Shown here: in pieces, positions 38,201-53,200 of the stretch
Numbering within the stretch: the first letter of the stretch is position 1
How the letters are laid out: each line of letters starts with the position of its first letter
DNA from: Blastocladiella emersonii ATCC 22665
Lineage: Eukaryota; Fungi; Blastocladiomycota
Direction: 5' to 3'
Assembly (NCBI GenBank): GCA_025594325.1
Contig: JANHCV010000018.1
Location: 149,279 to 213,278 of the forward strand
DNA length: 64,000 nucleotides
Made by a program: the position numbers and the translations under genes
Notes under the pieces: generated by a model
Seen by the model: only the letters and a program-made list of their open reading frames with translations
The model's database searches: none
Told to the model about the DNA's origin: nothing

Positions 38201-41200
38201 GCACCGTGCAGCGCGCACAGCACACAGCGCCCGACGCACCCCGCGGTGCGCACACGGCGCAAACGGCCACCCTGGTGTCACACACACTCGCATGAACGGC
38301 AGGCATGCAAGGCGTCCTCAACTCAACAATGATTTATCATCCAGGCTTGCTACTCGCTCCAACGGGTGCGCCTGCCTGCCCTCCCGGTGCCGTTGATTGA
38401 TTGATGGGTGCGCCAGCCCCTGTTGCCAGCCAAGTGGCAAGCAACACCACAGCACCTGCGTCGCCCTGGCCACCGTACCTTGGAAACAGCGTAGCAGCCG
38501 TACTGCTTCACAGGGCTGCAGAGGGCTGGCTGCGGAGGGCTGAGGCGGCAGGGCTCCTGCTGCAGGAAGGAGACAGTGCTGGGGCCAAGGAGTGCTAGGG
38601 ACGACAAACTGAATGGTGAATGACCCACACACCACATGCTCCTGGCAGGAGAGCGTGTGGGCGTGCGGGCCTGTGTCCGTGCGTGCCTGTGTCCGTGCGT
38701 GCCTGGATTAGACCTCCATCACAAGCGCCAAGTGACCAAGTGACCAAGGTGACCAAGTGACCAAGGTGACCAAGGTGACCACGGTGACCAAGGTGACCAA
38801 GTGACACACAAGCACCAAGCTAGGGTGGCCGGGCGGCCATGGAACGTACTGCATGGGTACCAATACCGTGGACTGGCCGCGGCCATTAATCGCAGCACAG
38901 CCCTGCCTGGCTCAGGACGCGGCGGGCGTGGGAGGCGGGCAGGGTAGATAGGTAGCAGCAGCAGGACCTGGCTAGCTGGCTGTCAAACAGCACGAGTGAA
39001 GGGGTGCGTGAGGGAGGGTGTGTTGAATGAATGGATGGGTGGATGCAGGCAGACCTTCATACGTGTCGTGCGTGATGAGGATTGGCTGGCCACCATCCAC
39101 CCACCAACGCCATGGCATGGCTGCGGGTGTCGCTGCGTGCGCCTTGGCGGGTGGTGTTGGTGGGTGGTGTTGGTGGGTGCTGTGGTGGTAGTGGAGCTAA
39201 AGTGGTGTCGTGGGGCTCTTGGGGTCCCCTTTCCTTCCTGTCTGGCCTAGGTGGGTGGGTGGGTGGGCGGACGTAGCGCGCATGCGGGCGGGCAAGCTAG
39301 GAACGTTGCTCACGCAATGGATCATGTATTTCATGGAACGTAGTCTGGACAGCAGAGAGGGGGATGTCCGGCCCAATCGGACCCTCCACGAATCACAATA
39401 TGCACGCAATGAATTGACCGATGATAGGGCCGTACCAAACCAGCCACGTAGACAATTGTCATGGTAGTCGAACAAAACCATATTCAAATCTTTGACTACA
39501 CGCTTGTCCAGCTAGCCAGGGACCCATAAATCACAGTATCGACCCAACTAAATATTTGACAACGGAAAGATAGTAAACCAGCCTCGTACATAATTGTCAT
39601 GGTACTCAAACAAAACCATATTCAAAACCTTGACTTCCCGCATGTCCAGCTGGCCAGGGACCCATAAATCACAGTATCAAACCGACAAAGTATCTGACAA
39701 CAGAAATATGGTAAAACAGCCACGCGGATAATTGTCATGGTACTCAATCAAAACCATATTCAAATCTTTGCTTTCCTGCATGTCCAGCTGGTTGAGGACC
39801 CATAAATCGTAACGTCAAAGCAACAGTATATCTGACCATAGAAGTATAGTAAACCAGCCACTCTGGCAACTGTCATGGTACTCAAACAAAACCATACTCA
39901 AATCTTCGACTTCCCACATGTCCAGCAGGTTGGACACCCATAAATCACAGTATCAAACCAACGAAATATCTGACCACATGAGTATATATAACCGACCGCG
40001 TAGGTAATTGTCTTGATACTCAAACAAAACCATATTCAAATCTTTCACTTCCCGCTTGTCCAGCTAGCCAGGGACCCATAAATCACAGTATCACAGCAAC
40101 GCAATATCTGACCAAAGAAATATCGTAAACCAGGCACGTAGATAATTGTCATGGTACTCAAACAAAACCATAGTCAAATCTTCGAGTGCCCCATGTCCAG
40201 GTGGGCAAGGGCCTATAAATCACAGTATTGAACCAAGAAAACACCTGACTGACGATCGGGATGTATCAAACCCGCCACGCTGATAATTGTCATGGTACTC
40301 AAACATAACCATACTCAGCCAAATCTTCGCATACCCTCACGTCCAGGTGGGCAAGGAACCAAAGCGCCAGATATTCAAATCTACCGCTTTGTGCACACTC
40401 CACTAGCCAACTCTTCGATCCCCTAATAATGGAGCCCGTCGTCAAAGTGCACGGTCCAATCAACTAAGTAAACAGCCAACCTGCCAGCCTGCCAACCTGC
40501 CAGCCTGCCAGCCTGCCAGCCTGCCAACCTGCCAACCTGTCAACCTGCCACCTTGCCTACCTGCTATCCGAACACCCACACCGCCTCGCAAGTCATTGGG
40601 GGCCCGCGCTCTCTGGTTGCCGTCCCAGCCAACAAACGAATGAATGATGAGCCCTGGCAGCCTGGCAGCCTGCCACACTGACAGCCTGACTGACAGCGCC
40701 CACCCAGTAGATATTATCTATCTCGTAGGTAGTCTGGGACGACTTTGTTAGTCAATACACGACCAGTCTCCTCCTGGCTGCCGGCTCTGCTGTCCACTCC
40801 AAGTCCTGCATGATGATGGGCCAAGGAGGGTTCCGAGCAGCCGCGGCCCAAGCGGCTCTTGTTGCAGATCCCTCCGTCCGACTTTGGTTGCTCGGTTCCC
40901 CAAGGCACATTCGGTGATGTGACTAGACCAAGGATCGGCGCAGTCGACGCAAGTCCAGTGGCACCAGGTGTTTGCGCGCGGTACTGACCCATCCACTTTC
41001 TCTCGTTCTGACCACGATGAAACGCATGATCCGCCACTGAATGGCGCTGACGCACAAAAGAAAAAGAAAAAGAAGGAGAAAAACAAAATATAGGGAAACG
41101 CAAAAAGAAGAACGTCCGCACAAAAAGATGGAAAAACATCTGACGAACCTCACAGGCCATGCCCAATACCACAGCACTGCCACTGGTCCATTGGCATGTC

Positions 41201-44200
41201 CTCGCGCTCTAGCTGGTCACGCCAGCGTGTCTCTCTGCTCGGTCTCTCTTTACTGCTCTTCGTTCGCTCTCTTAGCTCGCTGCTCGAGCTCGCTCTCTCT
41301 TCGCCTCGTTCGCCCATCTCTCTCGTACTCCCCTCTCCTCCCACAATTCTTCCCCCTATGCTCCTCGACGTGCACGGTCCGGGCTTGTCGTACTGCGGCT
41401 TGCCCACAAAAAGGCTGCTGCCCGTTGCACAGTGGATATTCTGGTTGCAGTCCACAACCGCAGTTAAGGAATAAATGCATTGGTTCCAAAATAAAGAGGG
41501 TTCCGAGCAGCTCCTCTGTCTATCCGCGTGAAACCACTCACCCGCTGACGGACGTACACCGCGCACCGTGCAGCGCGCACAGCACACAGCGCCCGACGCA
41601 CCCCGCGGTGCGCACACGGCGCAAACGGCCACCCTGGTGTCACACACACTCGCATGAACGGCAGGCATGCAAGGCGTCCTCAACTCAACAATGATTTATC
41701 ATCCAGGCTTGCTACTCGCTCCAACGGGTGCGCCTGCCTGCCCTCCCGGTGCCGTTGATTGATTGATGGGTGCGCCAGCCCCTGTTGCCAGCCAAGTGGC
41801 AAGCAACACCACAGCACCTGCGTCGCCCTGGCCACCGTACCTTGGAAACAGCGTAGCAGCCGTACTGCTTCACAGGGCTGCAGAGGGCTGGCTGCGGAGG
41901 GCTGAGGCGGCAGGGCTCCTGCTGCAGGAAGGAGACAGTGCTGGGGCCAAGGAGTGCTAGGGACGACAAACTGAATGGTGAATGACCCACACACCACATG
42001 CTCCTGGCAGGAGAGCGTGTGGGCGTGCGGGCCTGTGTCCGTGCGTGCCTGTGTCCGTGCGTGCCTGGATTAGACCTCCATCACAAGCGCCAAGTGACCA
42101 AGTGACCAAGGTGACCAAGGTGACCACGGTGACCAAGGTGACCAAGTGACACACAAGCACCAAGCTAGGGTGGCCGGGCGGCCATGGAACGTACTGCATG
42201 GGTACCAATACCGTGGACTGGCCGCGGCCATTAATCGCAGCACAGCCCTGCCTGGCTCAGGACGCGGCGGGCGTGGGAGGCGGGCAGGGTAGATAGGTAG
42301 CAGCAGCAGGACCTGGCTAGCTGGCTGTCAAACAGCACGAGTGAAGGGGTGCGTGAGGGAGGGTGTGTTGAATGAATGGATGGGTGGATGCAGGCAGACC
42401 TTCATACGTGTCGTGCGTGATGAGGATTGGCTGGCCACCATCCACCCACCAACGCCATGGCATGGCTGCGGGTGTCGCTGCGTGCGCCTTGGCGGGTGGT
42501 AGTGGAGCTAAAGTGGTGTCGTGGGGCTCTTGGGGTCCCCTTTCCTTCCTGTCTGGCCTAGGTGGGTGGGTGGGTGGGCGGACGTAGCGCGCATGCGGGC
42601 GGGCAAGCTAGGAACGTTGCTCACGCAATGGATCATGTATTTCATGGAACGTAGTCTGGACAGCAGAGAGGGGGATGTCCGGCCCAATCGGACCCTCCAC
42701 GAATCACAATATGCACGCAATGAATTGACCGATGATAGGGCCGTACCAAACCAGCCACGTAGACAATTGTCATGGTAGTCGAACAAAACCATATTCAAAT
42801 CTTTGACTACACGCTTGTCCAGCTAGCCAGGGACCCATAAATCACAGTATCGACCCAACTAAATATTTGACAACGGAAAGATAGTAAACCAGCCTCGTAC
42901 ATAATTGTCATGGTACTCAAACAAAACCATATTCAAAACCTTGACTTCCCGCATGTCCAGCTGGCCAGGGACCCATAAATCACAGTATCAAACCGACAAA
43001 GTATCTGACAACAGAAATATGGTAAAACAGCCACGCGGATAATTGTCATGGTACTCAATCAAAACCATATTCAAATCTTTGCTTTCCTGCATGTCCAGCT
43101 GGTTGAGGACCCATAAATCGTAACGTCAAAGCAACAGTATATCTGACCATAGAAGTATAGTAAACCAGCCACTCTGGCAACTGTCATGGTACTCAAACAA
43201 AACCATACTCAAATCTTCGACTTCCCACATGTCCAGCAGGTTGGACACCCATAAATCACAGTATCAAACCAACGAAATATCTGACCACATGAGTATATAT
43301 AACCGACCGCGTAGGTAATTGTCTTGATACTCAAACAAAACCATATTCAAATCTTTCACTTCCCGCTTGTCCAGCTAGCCAGGGACCCATAAATCACAGT
43401 ATCACAGCAACGCAATATCTGACCAAAGAAATATCGTAAACCAGGCACGTAGATAATTGTCATGGTACTCAAACAAAACCATAGTCAAATCTTCGAGTGC
43501 CCCATGTCCAGGTGGGCAAGGGCCTATAAATCACAGTATTGAACCAAGAAAACACCTGACTGACGATCGGGATGTATCAAACCCGCCACGCTGATAATTG
43601 TCATGGTACTCAAACATAACCATACTCAGCCAAATCTTCGCATACCCTCACGTCCAGGTGGGCAAGGAACCAAAGCGCCAGATATTCAAATCTACCGCTT
43701 TGTGCACACTCCACTAGCCAACTCTTCGATCCCCTAATAATGGAGCCCGTCGTCAAAGTGCACGGTCCAATCAACTAAGTAAACAGCCAACCTGCCAGCC
43801 TGCCAACCTGCCAGCCTGCCAGCCTGCCAGCCTGCCAACCTGCCAACCTGTCAACCTGCCACCTTGCCTACCTGCTATCCGAACACCCACACCGCCTCGC
43901 AAGTCATTGGGGGCCCGCGCTCTCTGGTTGCCGTCCCAGCCAACAAACGAATGAATGATGAGCCCTGGCAGCCTGGCAGCCTGCCACACTGACAGCCTGA
44001 CTGACAGCGCCCACCCAGTAGATATTATCTATCTCGTAGGTAGTCTGGGACGACTTTGTTAGTCAATACACGACCAGTCTCCTCCTGGCTGCCGGCTCTG
44101 CTGTCCACTCCAAGTCCTGCATGATGATGGGCCAAGGAGGGTTCCGAGCAGCCGCGGCCCAAGCGGCTCTTGTTGCAGATCCCTCCGTCCGACTTTGGTT

Positions 44201-47200
44201 GCTCGGTTCCCCAAGGCACATTCGGTGATGTGACTAGACCAAGGATCGGCGCAGTCGACGCAAGTCCAGTGGCACCAGGTGTTTGCGCGCGGTACTGACC
44301 CATCCACTTTCTCTCGTTCTGACCACGATGAAACGCATGATCCGCCACTGAATGGCGCTGACGCACAAAAGAAAAAGAAAAAGAAGGAGAAAAACAAAAT
44401 ATAGGGAAACGCAAAAAGAAGAACGTCCGCACAAAAAGATGGAAAAACATCTGACGAACCTCACAGGCCATGCCCAATACCACAGCACTGCCACTGGTCC
44501 ATTGGCATGTCCTCGCGCTCTAGCTGGTCACGCCAGCGTGTCTCTCTGCTCGGTCTCTCTTTACTGCTCTTCGTTCGCTCTCTTAGCTCGCTGCTCGAGC
44601 TCGCTCTCTCTTCGCCTCGTTCGCCCATCTCTCTCGTACTCCCCTCTCCTCCCACAATTCTTCCCCCTATGCTCCTCGACGTGCACGGTCCGGGCTTGTC
44701 GTACTGCGGCTTGCCCACAAAAAGGCTGCTGCCCGTTGCACAGTGGATATTCTGGTTGCAGTCCACAACCGCAGTTAAGGAATAAATGCATTGGTTCCAA
44801 AATAAAGAGGGTTCCGAGCAGCTCCTCTGTCTATCCGCGTGAAACCACTCACCCGCTGACGGACGTACACCGCGCACCGTGCAGCGCGCACAGCACACAG
44901 CGCCCGACGCACCCCGCGGTGCGCACACGGCGCAAACGGCCACCCTGGTGTCACACACACTCGCATGAACGGCAGGCATGCAAGGCGTCCTCAACTCAAC
45001 AATGATTTATCATCCAGGCTTGCTACTCGCTCCAACGGGTGCGCCTGCCTGCCCTCCCGGTGCCGTTGATTGATTGATGGGTGCGCCAGCCCCTGTTGCC
45101 AGCCAAGTGGCAAGCAACACCACAGCACCTGCGTCGCCCTGGCCACCGTACCTTGGAAACAGCGTAGCAGCCGTACTGCTTCACAGGGCTGCAGAGGGCT
45201 GGCTGCGGAGGGCTGAGGCGGCAGGGCTCCTGCTGCAGGAAGGAGACAGTGCTGGGGCCAAGGAGTGCTAGGGACGACAAACTGAATGGTGAATGACCCA
45301 CACACCACATGCTCCTGGCAGGAGAGCGTGTGGGCGTGCGGGCCTGTGTCCGTGCGTGCCTGTGTCCGTGCGTGCCTGGATTAGACCTCCATCACAAGCG
45401 CCAAGTGACCAAGTGACCAAGGTGACCAAGTGACCAAGGTGACCAAGGTGACCACGGTGACCAAGGTGACCAAGTGACACACAAGCACCAAGCTAGGGTG
45501 GCCGGGCGGCCATGGAACGTACTGCATGGGTACCAATACCGTGGACTGGCCGCGGCCATTAATCGCAGCACAGCCCTGCCTGGCTCAGGACGCGGCAGGC
45601 GTGGGAGGCGGGCAGGGTAGATAGGTAGCAGCAGCAGGACCTGGCTAGCTGGCTGTCAAACAGCACGAGTGAAGGGGTGCGTGAGGGAGGGTGTGTTGAA
45701 TGAATGGATGGGTGGATGCAGGCAGACCTTCATACGTGTCGTGCGTGATGAGGATTGGCTGGCCACCATCCACCCACCAACGCCATGGCATGGCTGCGGG
45801 TGTCGCTGCGTGCGCCTTGGCGGGTGGTAGTGGAGCTAAAGTGGTGTCGTGGGGCTCTTGGGGTCCCCTTTCCTTCCTGTCTGGCCTAGGTGGGTGGGTG
45901 GGTGGGCGGACGTAGCGCGCATGCGGGCGGGCAAGCTAGGAACGTTGCTCACGCAATGGATCATGTATTTCATGGAACGTAGTCTGGACAGCAGAGAGGG
46001 GGATGTCCGGCCCAATCGGACCCTCCACGAATCACAATATGCACGCAATGAATTGACCGATGATAGGGCCGTACCAAACCAGCCACGTAGACAATTGTCA
46101 TGGTAGTCGAACAAAACCATATTCAAATCTTTGACTACACGCTTGTCCAGCTAGCCAGGGACCCATAAATCACAGTATCGACCCAACTAAATATTTGACA
46201 ACGGAAAGATAGTAAACCAGCCTCGTACATAATTGTCATGGTACTCAAACAAAACCATATTCAAAACCTTGACTTCCCGCATGTCCAGCTGGCCAGGGAC
46301 CCATAAATCACAGTATCAAACCGACAAAGTATCTGACAACAGAAATATGGTAAAACAGCCACGCGGATAATTGTCATGGTACTCAATCAAAACCATATTC
46401 AAATCTTTGCTTTCCTGCATGTCCAGCTGGTTGAGGACCCATAAATCGTAACGTCAAAGCAACAGTATATCTGACCATAGAAGTATAGTAAACCAGCCAC
46501 TCTGGCAACTGTCATGGTACTCAAACAAAACCATACTCAAATCTTCGACTTCCCACATGTCCAGCAGGTTGGACACCCATAAATCACAGTATCAAACCAA
46601 CGAAATATCTGACCACATGAGTATATATAACCGACCGCGTAGGTAATTGTCTTGATACTCAAACAAAACCATATTCAAATCTTTCACTTCCCGCTTGTCC
46701 AGCTAGCCAGGGACCCATAAATCACAGTATCACAGCAACGCAATATCTGACCAAAGAAATATCGTAAACCAGGCACGTAGATAATTGTCATGGTACTCAA
46801 ACAAAACCATAGTCAAATCTTCGAGTGCCCCATGTCCAGGTGGGCAAGGGCCTATAAATCACAGTATTGAACCAAGAAAACACCTGACTGACGATCGGGA
46901 TGTATCAAACCCGCCACGCTGATAATTGTCATGGTACTCAAACATAACCATACTCAGCCAAATCTTCGCATACCCTCACGTCCAGGTGGGCAAGGAACCA
47001 AAGCGCCAGATATTCAAATCTACCGCTTTGTGCACACTCCACTAGCCAACTCTTCGATCCCCTAATAATGGAGCCCGTCGTCAAAGTGCACGGTCCAATC
47101 AACTAAGTAAACAGCCAACCTGCCAGCCTGCCAACCTGCCAGCCTGCCAGCCTGCCAGCCTGCCAACCTGCCAACCTGTCAACCTGCCACCTTGCCTACC

Positions 47201-50200
47201 TGCTATCCGAACACCCACACCGCCTCGCAAGTCATTGGGGGCCCGCGCTCTCTGGTTGCCGTCCCAGCCAACAAACGAATGAATGATGAGCCCTGGCAGC
47301 CTGGCAGCCTGCCACACTGACAGCCTGACTGACAGCGCCCACCCAGTAGATATTATCTATCTCGTAGGTAGTCTGGGACGACTTTGTTAGTCAATACACG
47401 ACCAGTCTCCTCCTGGCTGCCGGCTCTGCTGTCCACTCCAAGTCCTGCATGATGATGGGCCAAGGAGGGTTCCGAGCAGCCGCGGCCCAAGCGGCTCTTG
47501 TTGCAGATCCCTCCGTCCGACTTTGGTTGCTCGGTTCCCCAAGGCACATTCGGTGATGTGACTAGACCAAGGATCGGCGCAGTCGACGCAAGTCCAGTGG
47601 CACCAGGTGTTTGCGCGCGGTACTGACCCATCCACTTTCTCTCGTTCTGACCACGATGAAACGCATGATCCGCCACTGAATGGCGCTGACGCACAAAAGA
47701 AAAAGAAAAAGAAGGAGAAAAACAAAATATAGGGAAACGCAAAAAGAAGAACGTCCGCACAAAAAGATGGAAAAACATCTGACGAACCTCACAGGCCATG
47801 CCCAATACCACAGCACTGCCACTGGTCCATTGGCATGTCCTCGCGCTCTAGCTGGTCACGCCAGCGTGTCTCTCTGCTCGGTCTCTCTTTACTGCTCTTC
47901 GTTCGCTCTCTTAGCTCGCTGCTCGAGCTCGCTCTCTCTTCGCCTCGTTCGCCCATCTCTCTCGTACTCCCCTCTCCTCCCACAATTCTTCCCCCTATGC
48001 TCCTCGACGTGCACGGTCCGGGCTTGTCGTACTGCGGCTTGCCCACAAAAAGGCTGCTGCCCGTTGCACAGTGGATATTCTGGTTGCAGTCCACAACCGC
48101 AGTTAAGGAATAAATGCATTGGTTCCAAAATAAAGAGGGTTCCGAGCAGCTCCTCTGTCTATCCGCGTGAAACCACTCACCCGCTGACGGACGTACACCG
48201 CGCACCGTGCAGCGCGCACAGCACACAGCGCCCGACGCACCCCGCGGTGCGCACACGGCGCAAACGGCCACCCTGGTGTCACACACACTCGCATGAACGG
48301 CAGGCATGCAAGGCGTCCTCAACTCAACAATGATTTATCATCCAGGCTTGCTACTCGCTCCAACGGGTGCGCCTGCCTGCCCTCCCGGTGCCGTTGATTG
48401 ATTGATGGGTGCGCCAGCCCCTGTTGCCAGCCAAGTGGCAAGCAACACCACAGCACCTGCGTCGCCCTGGCCACCGTACCTTGGAAACAGCGTAGCAGCC
48501 GTACTGCTTCACAGGGCTGCAGAGGGCTGGCTGCGGAGGGCTGAGGCGGCAGGGCTCCTGCTGCAGGAAGGAGACAGTGCTGGGGCCAAGGAGTGCTAGG
48601 GACGACAAACTGAATGGTGAATGACCCACACACCACATGCTCCTGGCAGGAGAGCGTGTGGGCGTGCGGGCCTGTGTCCGTGCGTGCCTGTGTCCGTGCG
48701 TGCCTGGATTAGACCTCCATCACAAGCGCCAAGTGACCAAGTGACCAAGGTGACCAAGGTGACCACGGTGACCAAGGTGACCAAGTGACACACAAGCACC
48801 AAGCTAGGGTGGCCGGGCGGCCATGGAACGTACTGCATGGGTACCAATACCGTGGACTGGCCGCGGCCATTAATCGCAGCACAGCCCTGCCTGGCTCAGG
48901 ACGCGGCGGGCGTGGGAGGCGGGCAGGGTAGATAGGTAGCAGCAGCAGGACCTGGCTAGCTGGCTGTCAAACAGCACGAGTGAAGGGGTGCGTGAGGGAG
49001 GGTGTGTTGAATGAATGGATGGGTGGATGCAGGCAGACCTTCATACGTGTCGTGCGTGATGAGGATTGGCTGGCCACCATCCACCCACCAACGCCATGGC
49101 ATGGCTGCGGGTGTCGCTGCGTGCGCCTTGGCGGGTGGTAGTGGAGCTAAAGTGGTGTCGTGGGGCTCTTGGGGTCCCCTTTCCTTCCTGTCTGGCCTAG
49201 GTGGGTGGGTGGGTGGGCGGACGTAGCGCGCATGCGGGCGGGCAAGCTAGGAACGTTGCTCACGCAATGGATCATGTATTTCATGGAACGTAGTCTGGAC
49301 AGCAGAGAGGGGGATGTCCGGCCCAATCGGACCCTCCACGAATCACAATATGCACGCAATGAATTGACCGATGATAGGGCCGTACCAAACCAGCCACGTA
49401 GACAATTGTCATGGTAGTCGAACAAAACCATATTCAAATCTTTGACTACACGCTTGTCCAGCTAGCCAGGGACCCATAAATCACAGTATCGACCCAACTA
49501 AATATTTGACAACGGAAAGATAGTAAACCAGCCTCGTACATAATTGTCATGGTACTCAAACAAAACCATATTCAAAACCTTGACTTCCCGCATGTCCAGC
49601 TGGCCAGGGACCCATAAATCACAGTATCAAACCGACAAAGTATCTGACAACAGAAATATGGTAAAACAGCCACGCGGATAATTGTCATGGTACTCAATCA
49701 AAACCATATTCAAATCTTTGCTTTCCTGCATGTCCAGCTGGTTGAGGACCCATAAATCGTAACGTCAAAGCAACAGTATATCTGACCATAGAAGTATAGT
49801 AAACCAGCCACTCTGGCAACTGTCATGGTACTCAAACAAAACCATACTCAAATCTTCGACTTCCCACATGTCCAGCAGGTTGGACACCCATAAATCACAG
49901 TATCAAACCAACGAAATATCTGACCACATGAGTATATATAACCGACCGCGTAGGTAATTGTCTTGATACTCAAACAAAACCATATTCAAATCTTTCACTT
50001 CCCGCTTGTCCAGCTAGCCAGGGACCCATAAATCACAGTATCACAGCAACGCAATATCTGACCAAAGAAATATCGTAAACCAGGCACGTAGATAATTGTC
50101 ATGGTACTCAAACAAAACCATAGTCAAATCTTCGAGTGCCCCATGTCCAGGTGGGCAAGGGCCTATAAATCACAGTATTGAACCAAGAAAACACCTGACT

Positions 50201-53200
50201 GACGATCGGGATGTATCAAACCCGCCACGCTGATAATTGTCATGGTACTCAAACATAACCATACTCAGCCAAATCTTCGCATACCCTCACGTCCAGGTGG
50301 GCAAGGAACCAAAGCGCCAGATATTCAAATCTACCGCTTTGTGCACACTCCACTAGCCAACTCTTCGATCCCCTAATAATGGAGCCCGTCGTCAAAGTGC
50401 ACGGTCCAATCAACTAAGTAAACAGCCAACCTGCCAGCCTGCCAACCTGCCAGCCTGCCAGCCTGCCAGCCTGCCAACCTGCCAACCTGTCAACCTGCCA
50501 CCTTGCCTACCTGCTATCCGAACACCCACACCGCCTCGCAAGTCATTGGGGGCCCGCGCTCTCTGGTTGCCGTCCCAGCCAACAAACGAATGAATGATGA
50601 GCCCTGGCAGCCTGGCAGCCTGCCACACTGACAGCCTGACTGACAGCGCCCACCCAGTAGATATTATCTATCTCGTAGGTAGTCTGGGACGACTTTGTTA
50701 GTCAATACACGACCAGTCTCCTCCTGGCTGCCGGCTCTGCTGTCCACTCCAAGTCCTGCATGATGATGGGCCAAGGAGGGTTCCGAGCAGCCGCGGCCCA
50801 AGCGGCTCTTGTTGCAGATCCCTCCGTCCGACTTTGGTTGCTCGGTTCCCCAAGGCACATTCGGTGATGTGACTAGACCAAGGATCGGCGCAGTCGACGC
50901 AAGTCCAGTGGCACCAGGTGTTTGCGCGCGGTACTGACCCATCCACTTTCTCTCGTTCTGACCACGATGAAACGCATGATCCGCCACTGAATGGCGCTGA
51001 CGCACAAAAGAAAAAGAAAAAGAAGGAGAAAAACAAAATAAAGAGAAACGCAAAAAGAAGAACGTCCGCACAAAAAGATGGAAAAACATCTGACGAACCT
51101 CACAGGCCATGCCCAATACCACAGCACTGCCACTGGTCCATTGGCATGTCCTCGCGCTCTAGCTGGTCACGCCAGCGTGTCTCTCTGCTCGGTCTCTCTT
51201 TACTGCTCTTCGTTCGCTCTCTTAGCTCGCTGCTCGAGCTCGCTCTCTCTTCGCCTCGTTCGCCCATCTCTCTCGTACTCCCCTCTCCTCCCACAATTCT
51301 TCCCCCTATGCTCCTCGACGTGCACGGTCCGGGCTTGTCGTACTGCGGCTTGCCCACAAAAAGGCTGCTGCCCGTTGCACAGTGGATATTCTGGTTGCAG
51401 TCCACAACCGCAGTTAAGGAATAAATGCATTGGTTCCAAAAAAAAGAGGGTTCCGAGCAGCTCCTCTGTCTATCCGCGTGAAACCACTCACCCGCTGACG
51501 GACGTACACCGCGCACCGTGCAGCGCGCACAGCACACAGCGCCCGACGCACCCCGCGGTGCGCACACGGCGCAAACGGCCACCCTGGTGTCACACACACT
51601 CGCATGAACGGCAGGCATGCAAGGCGTCCTCAACTCAACAATGATTTATCATCCAGGCTTGCTACTCGCTCCAACGGGTGCGCCTGCCTGCCCTCCCGGT
51701 GCCGTTGATTGATTGATGGGTGCGCCAGCCCCTGTTGCCAGCCAAGTGGCAAGCAACACCACAGCACCTGCGTCGCCCTGGCCACCGTACCTTGGAAACA
51801 GCGTAGCAGCCGTACTGCTTCACAGGGCTGCAGAGGGCTGGCTGCGGAGGGCTGAGGCGGCAGGGCTCCTGCTGCAGGAAGGAGACAGTGCTGGGGCCAA
51901 GGAGTGCTAGGGACGACAAACTGAATGGTGAATGACCCACACACCACATGCTCCTGGCAGGAGAGCGTGTGGGCGTGCGGGCCTGTGTCCGTGCGTGCCT
52001 GTGTCCGTGCGTGCCTGGATTAGACCTCCATCACAAGCGCCAAGTGACCAAGTGACCAAGGTGACCAAGGTGACCACGGTGACCAAGGTGACCAAGTGAC
52101 ACACAAGCACCAAGCTAGGGTGGCCGGGCGGCCATGGAACGTACTGCATGGGTACCAATACCGTGGACTGGCCGCGGCCATTAATCGCAGCACAGCCCTG
52201 CCTGGCTCAGGACGCGGCGGGCGTGGGAGGCGGGCAGGGTAGATAGGCAGCAGCAGCAGGACCTGGCTAGCTGGCTGTCAAACAGCACGAGTGAAGGGGT
52301 GCGTGAGGGAGGGTGTGTTGAATGAATGGATGGGTGGATGCAGGCAGACCTTCATACGTGTCGTGCGTGATGAGGATTGGCTGGCCACCATCCACCCACC
52401 AACGCCATGGCATGGCTGCGGGTGTCGCTGCGTGCGCCTTGGCGGGTGGTAGTGGAGCTAAAGTGGTGTCGTGGGGCTCTTGGGGTCCCCTTTCCTTCCT
52501 GTCTGGCCTAGGTGGGTGGGTGGGTGGGCGGACGTAGCGCGCATGCGGGCGGGCAAGCTAGGAACGTTGCTCACGCAATGGATCATGTATTTCATGGAAC
52601 GTAGTCTGGACAGCAGAGAGGGGGATGTCCGGCCCAATCGGACCCTCCACGAATCACAATATGCACGCAATGAATTGACCGATGATAGGGCCGTACCAAA
52701 CCAGCCACGTAGACAATTGTCATGGTAGTCGAACAAAACCATATTCAAATCTTTGACTACACGCTTGTCCAGCTAGCCAGGGACCCATAAATCACAGTAT
52801 CGACCCAACTAAATATTTGACAACGGAAAGATAGTAAACCAGCCTCGTACATAATTGTCATGGTACTCAAACAAAACCATATTCAAAACCTTGACTTCCC
52901 GCATGTCCAGCTGGCCAGGGACCCATAAATCACAGTATCAAACCGACAAAGTATCTGACAACAGAAATATGGTAAAACAGCCACGCGGATAATTGTCATG
53001 GTACTCAATCAAAACCATATTCAAATCTTTGCTTTCCTGCATGTCCAGCTGGTTGAGGACCCATAAATCGTAACGTCAAAGCAACAGTATATCTGACCAT
53101 AGAAGTATAGTAAACCAGCCACTCTGGCAACTGTCATGGTACTCAAACAAAACCATACTCAAATCTTCGACTTCCCACATGTCCAGCAGGTTGGACACCC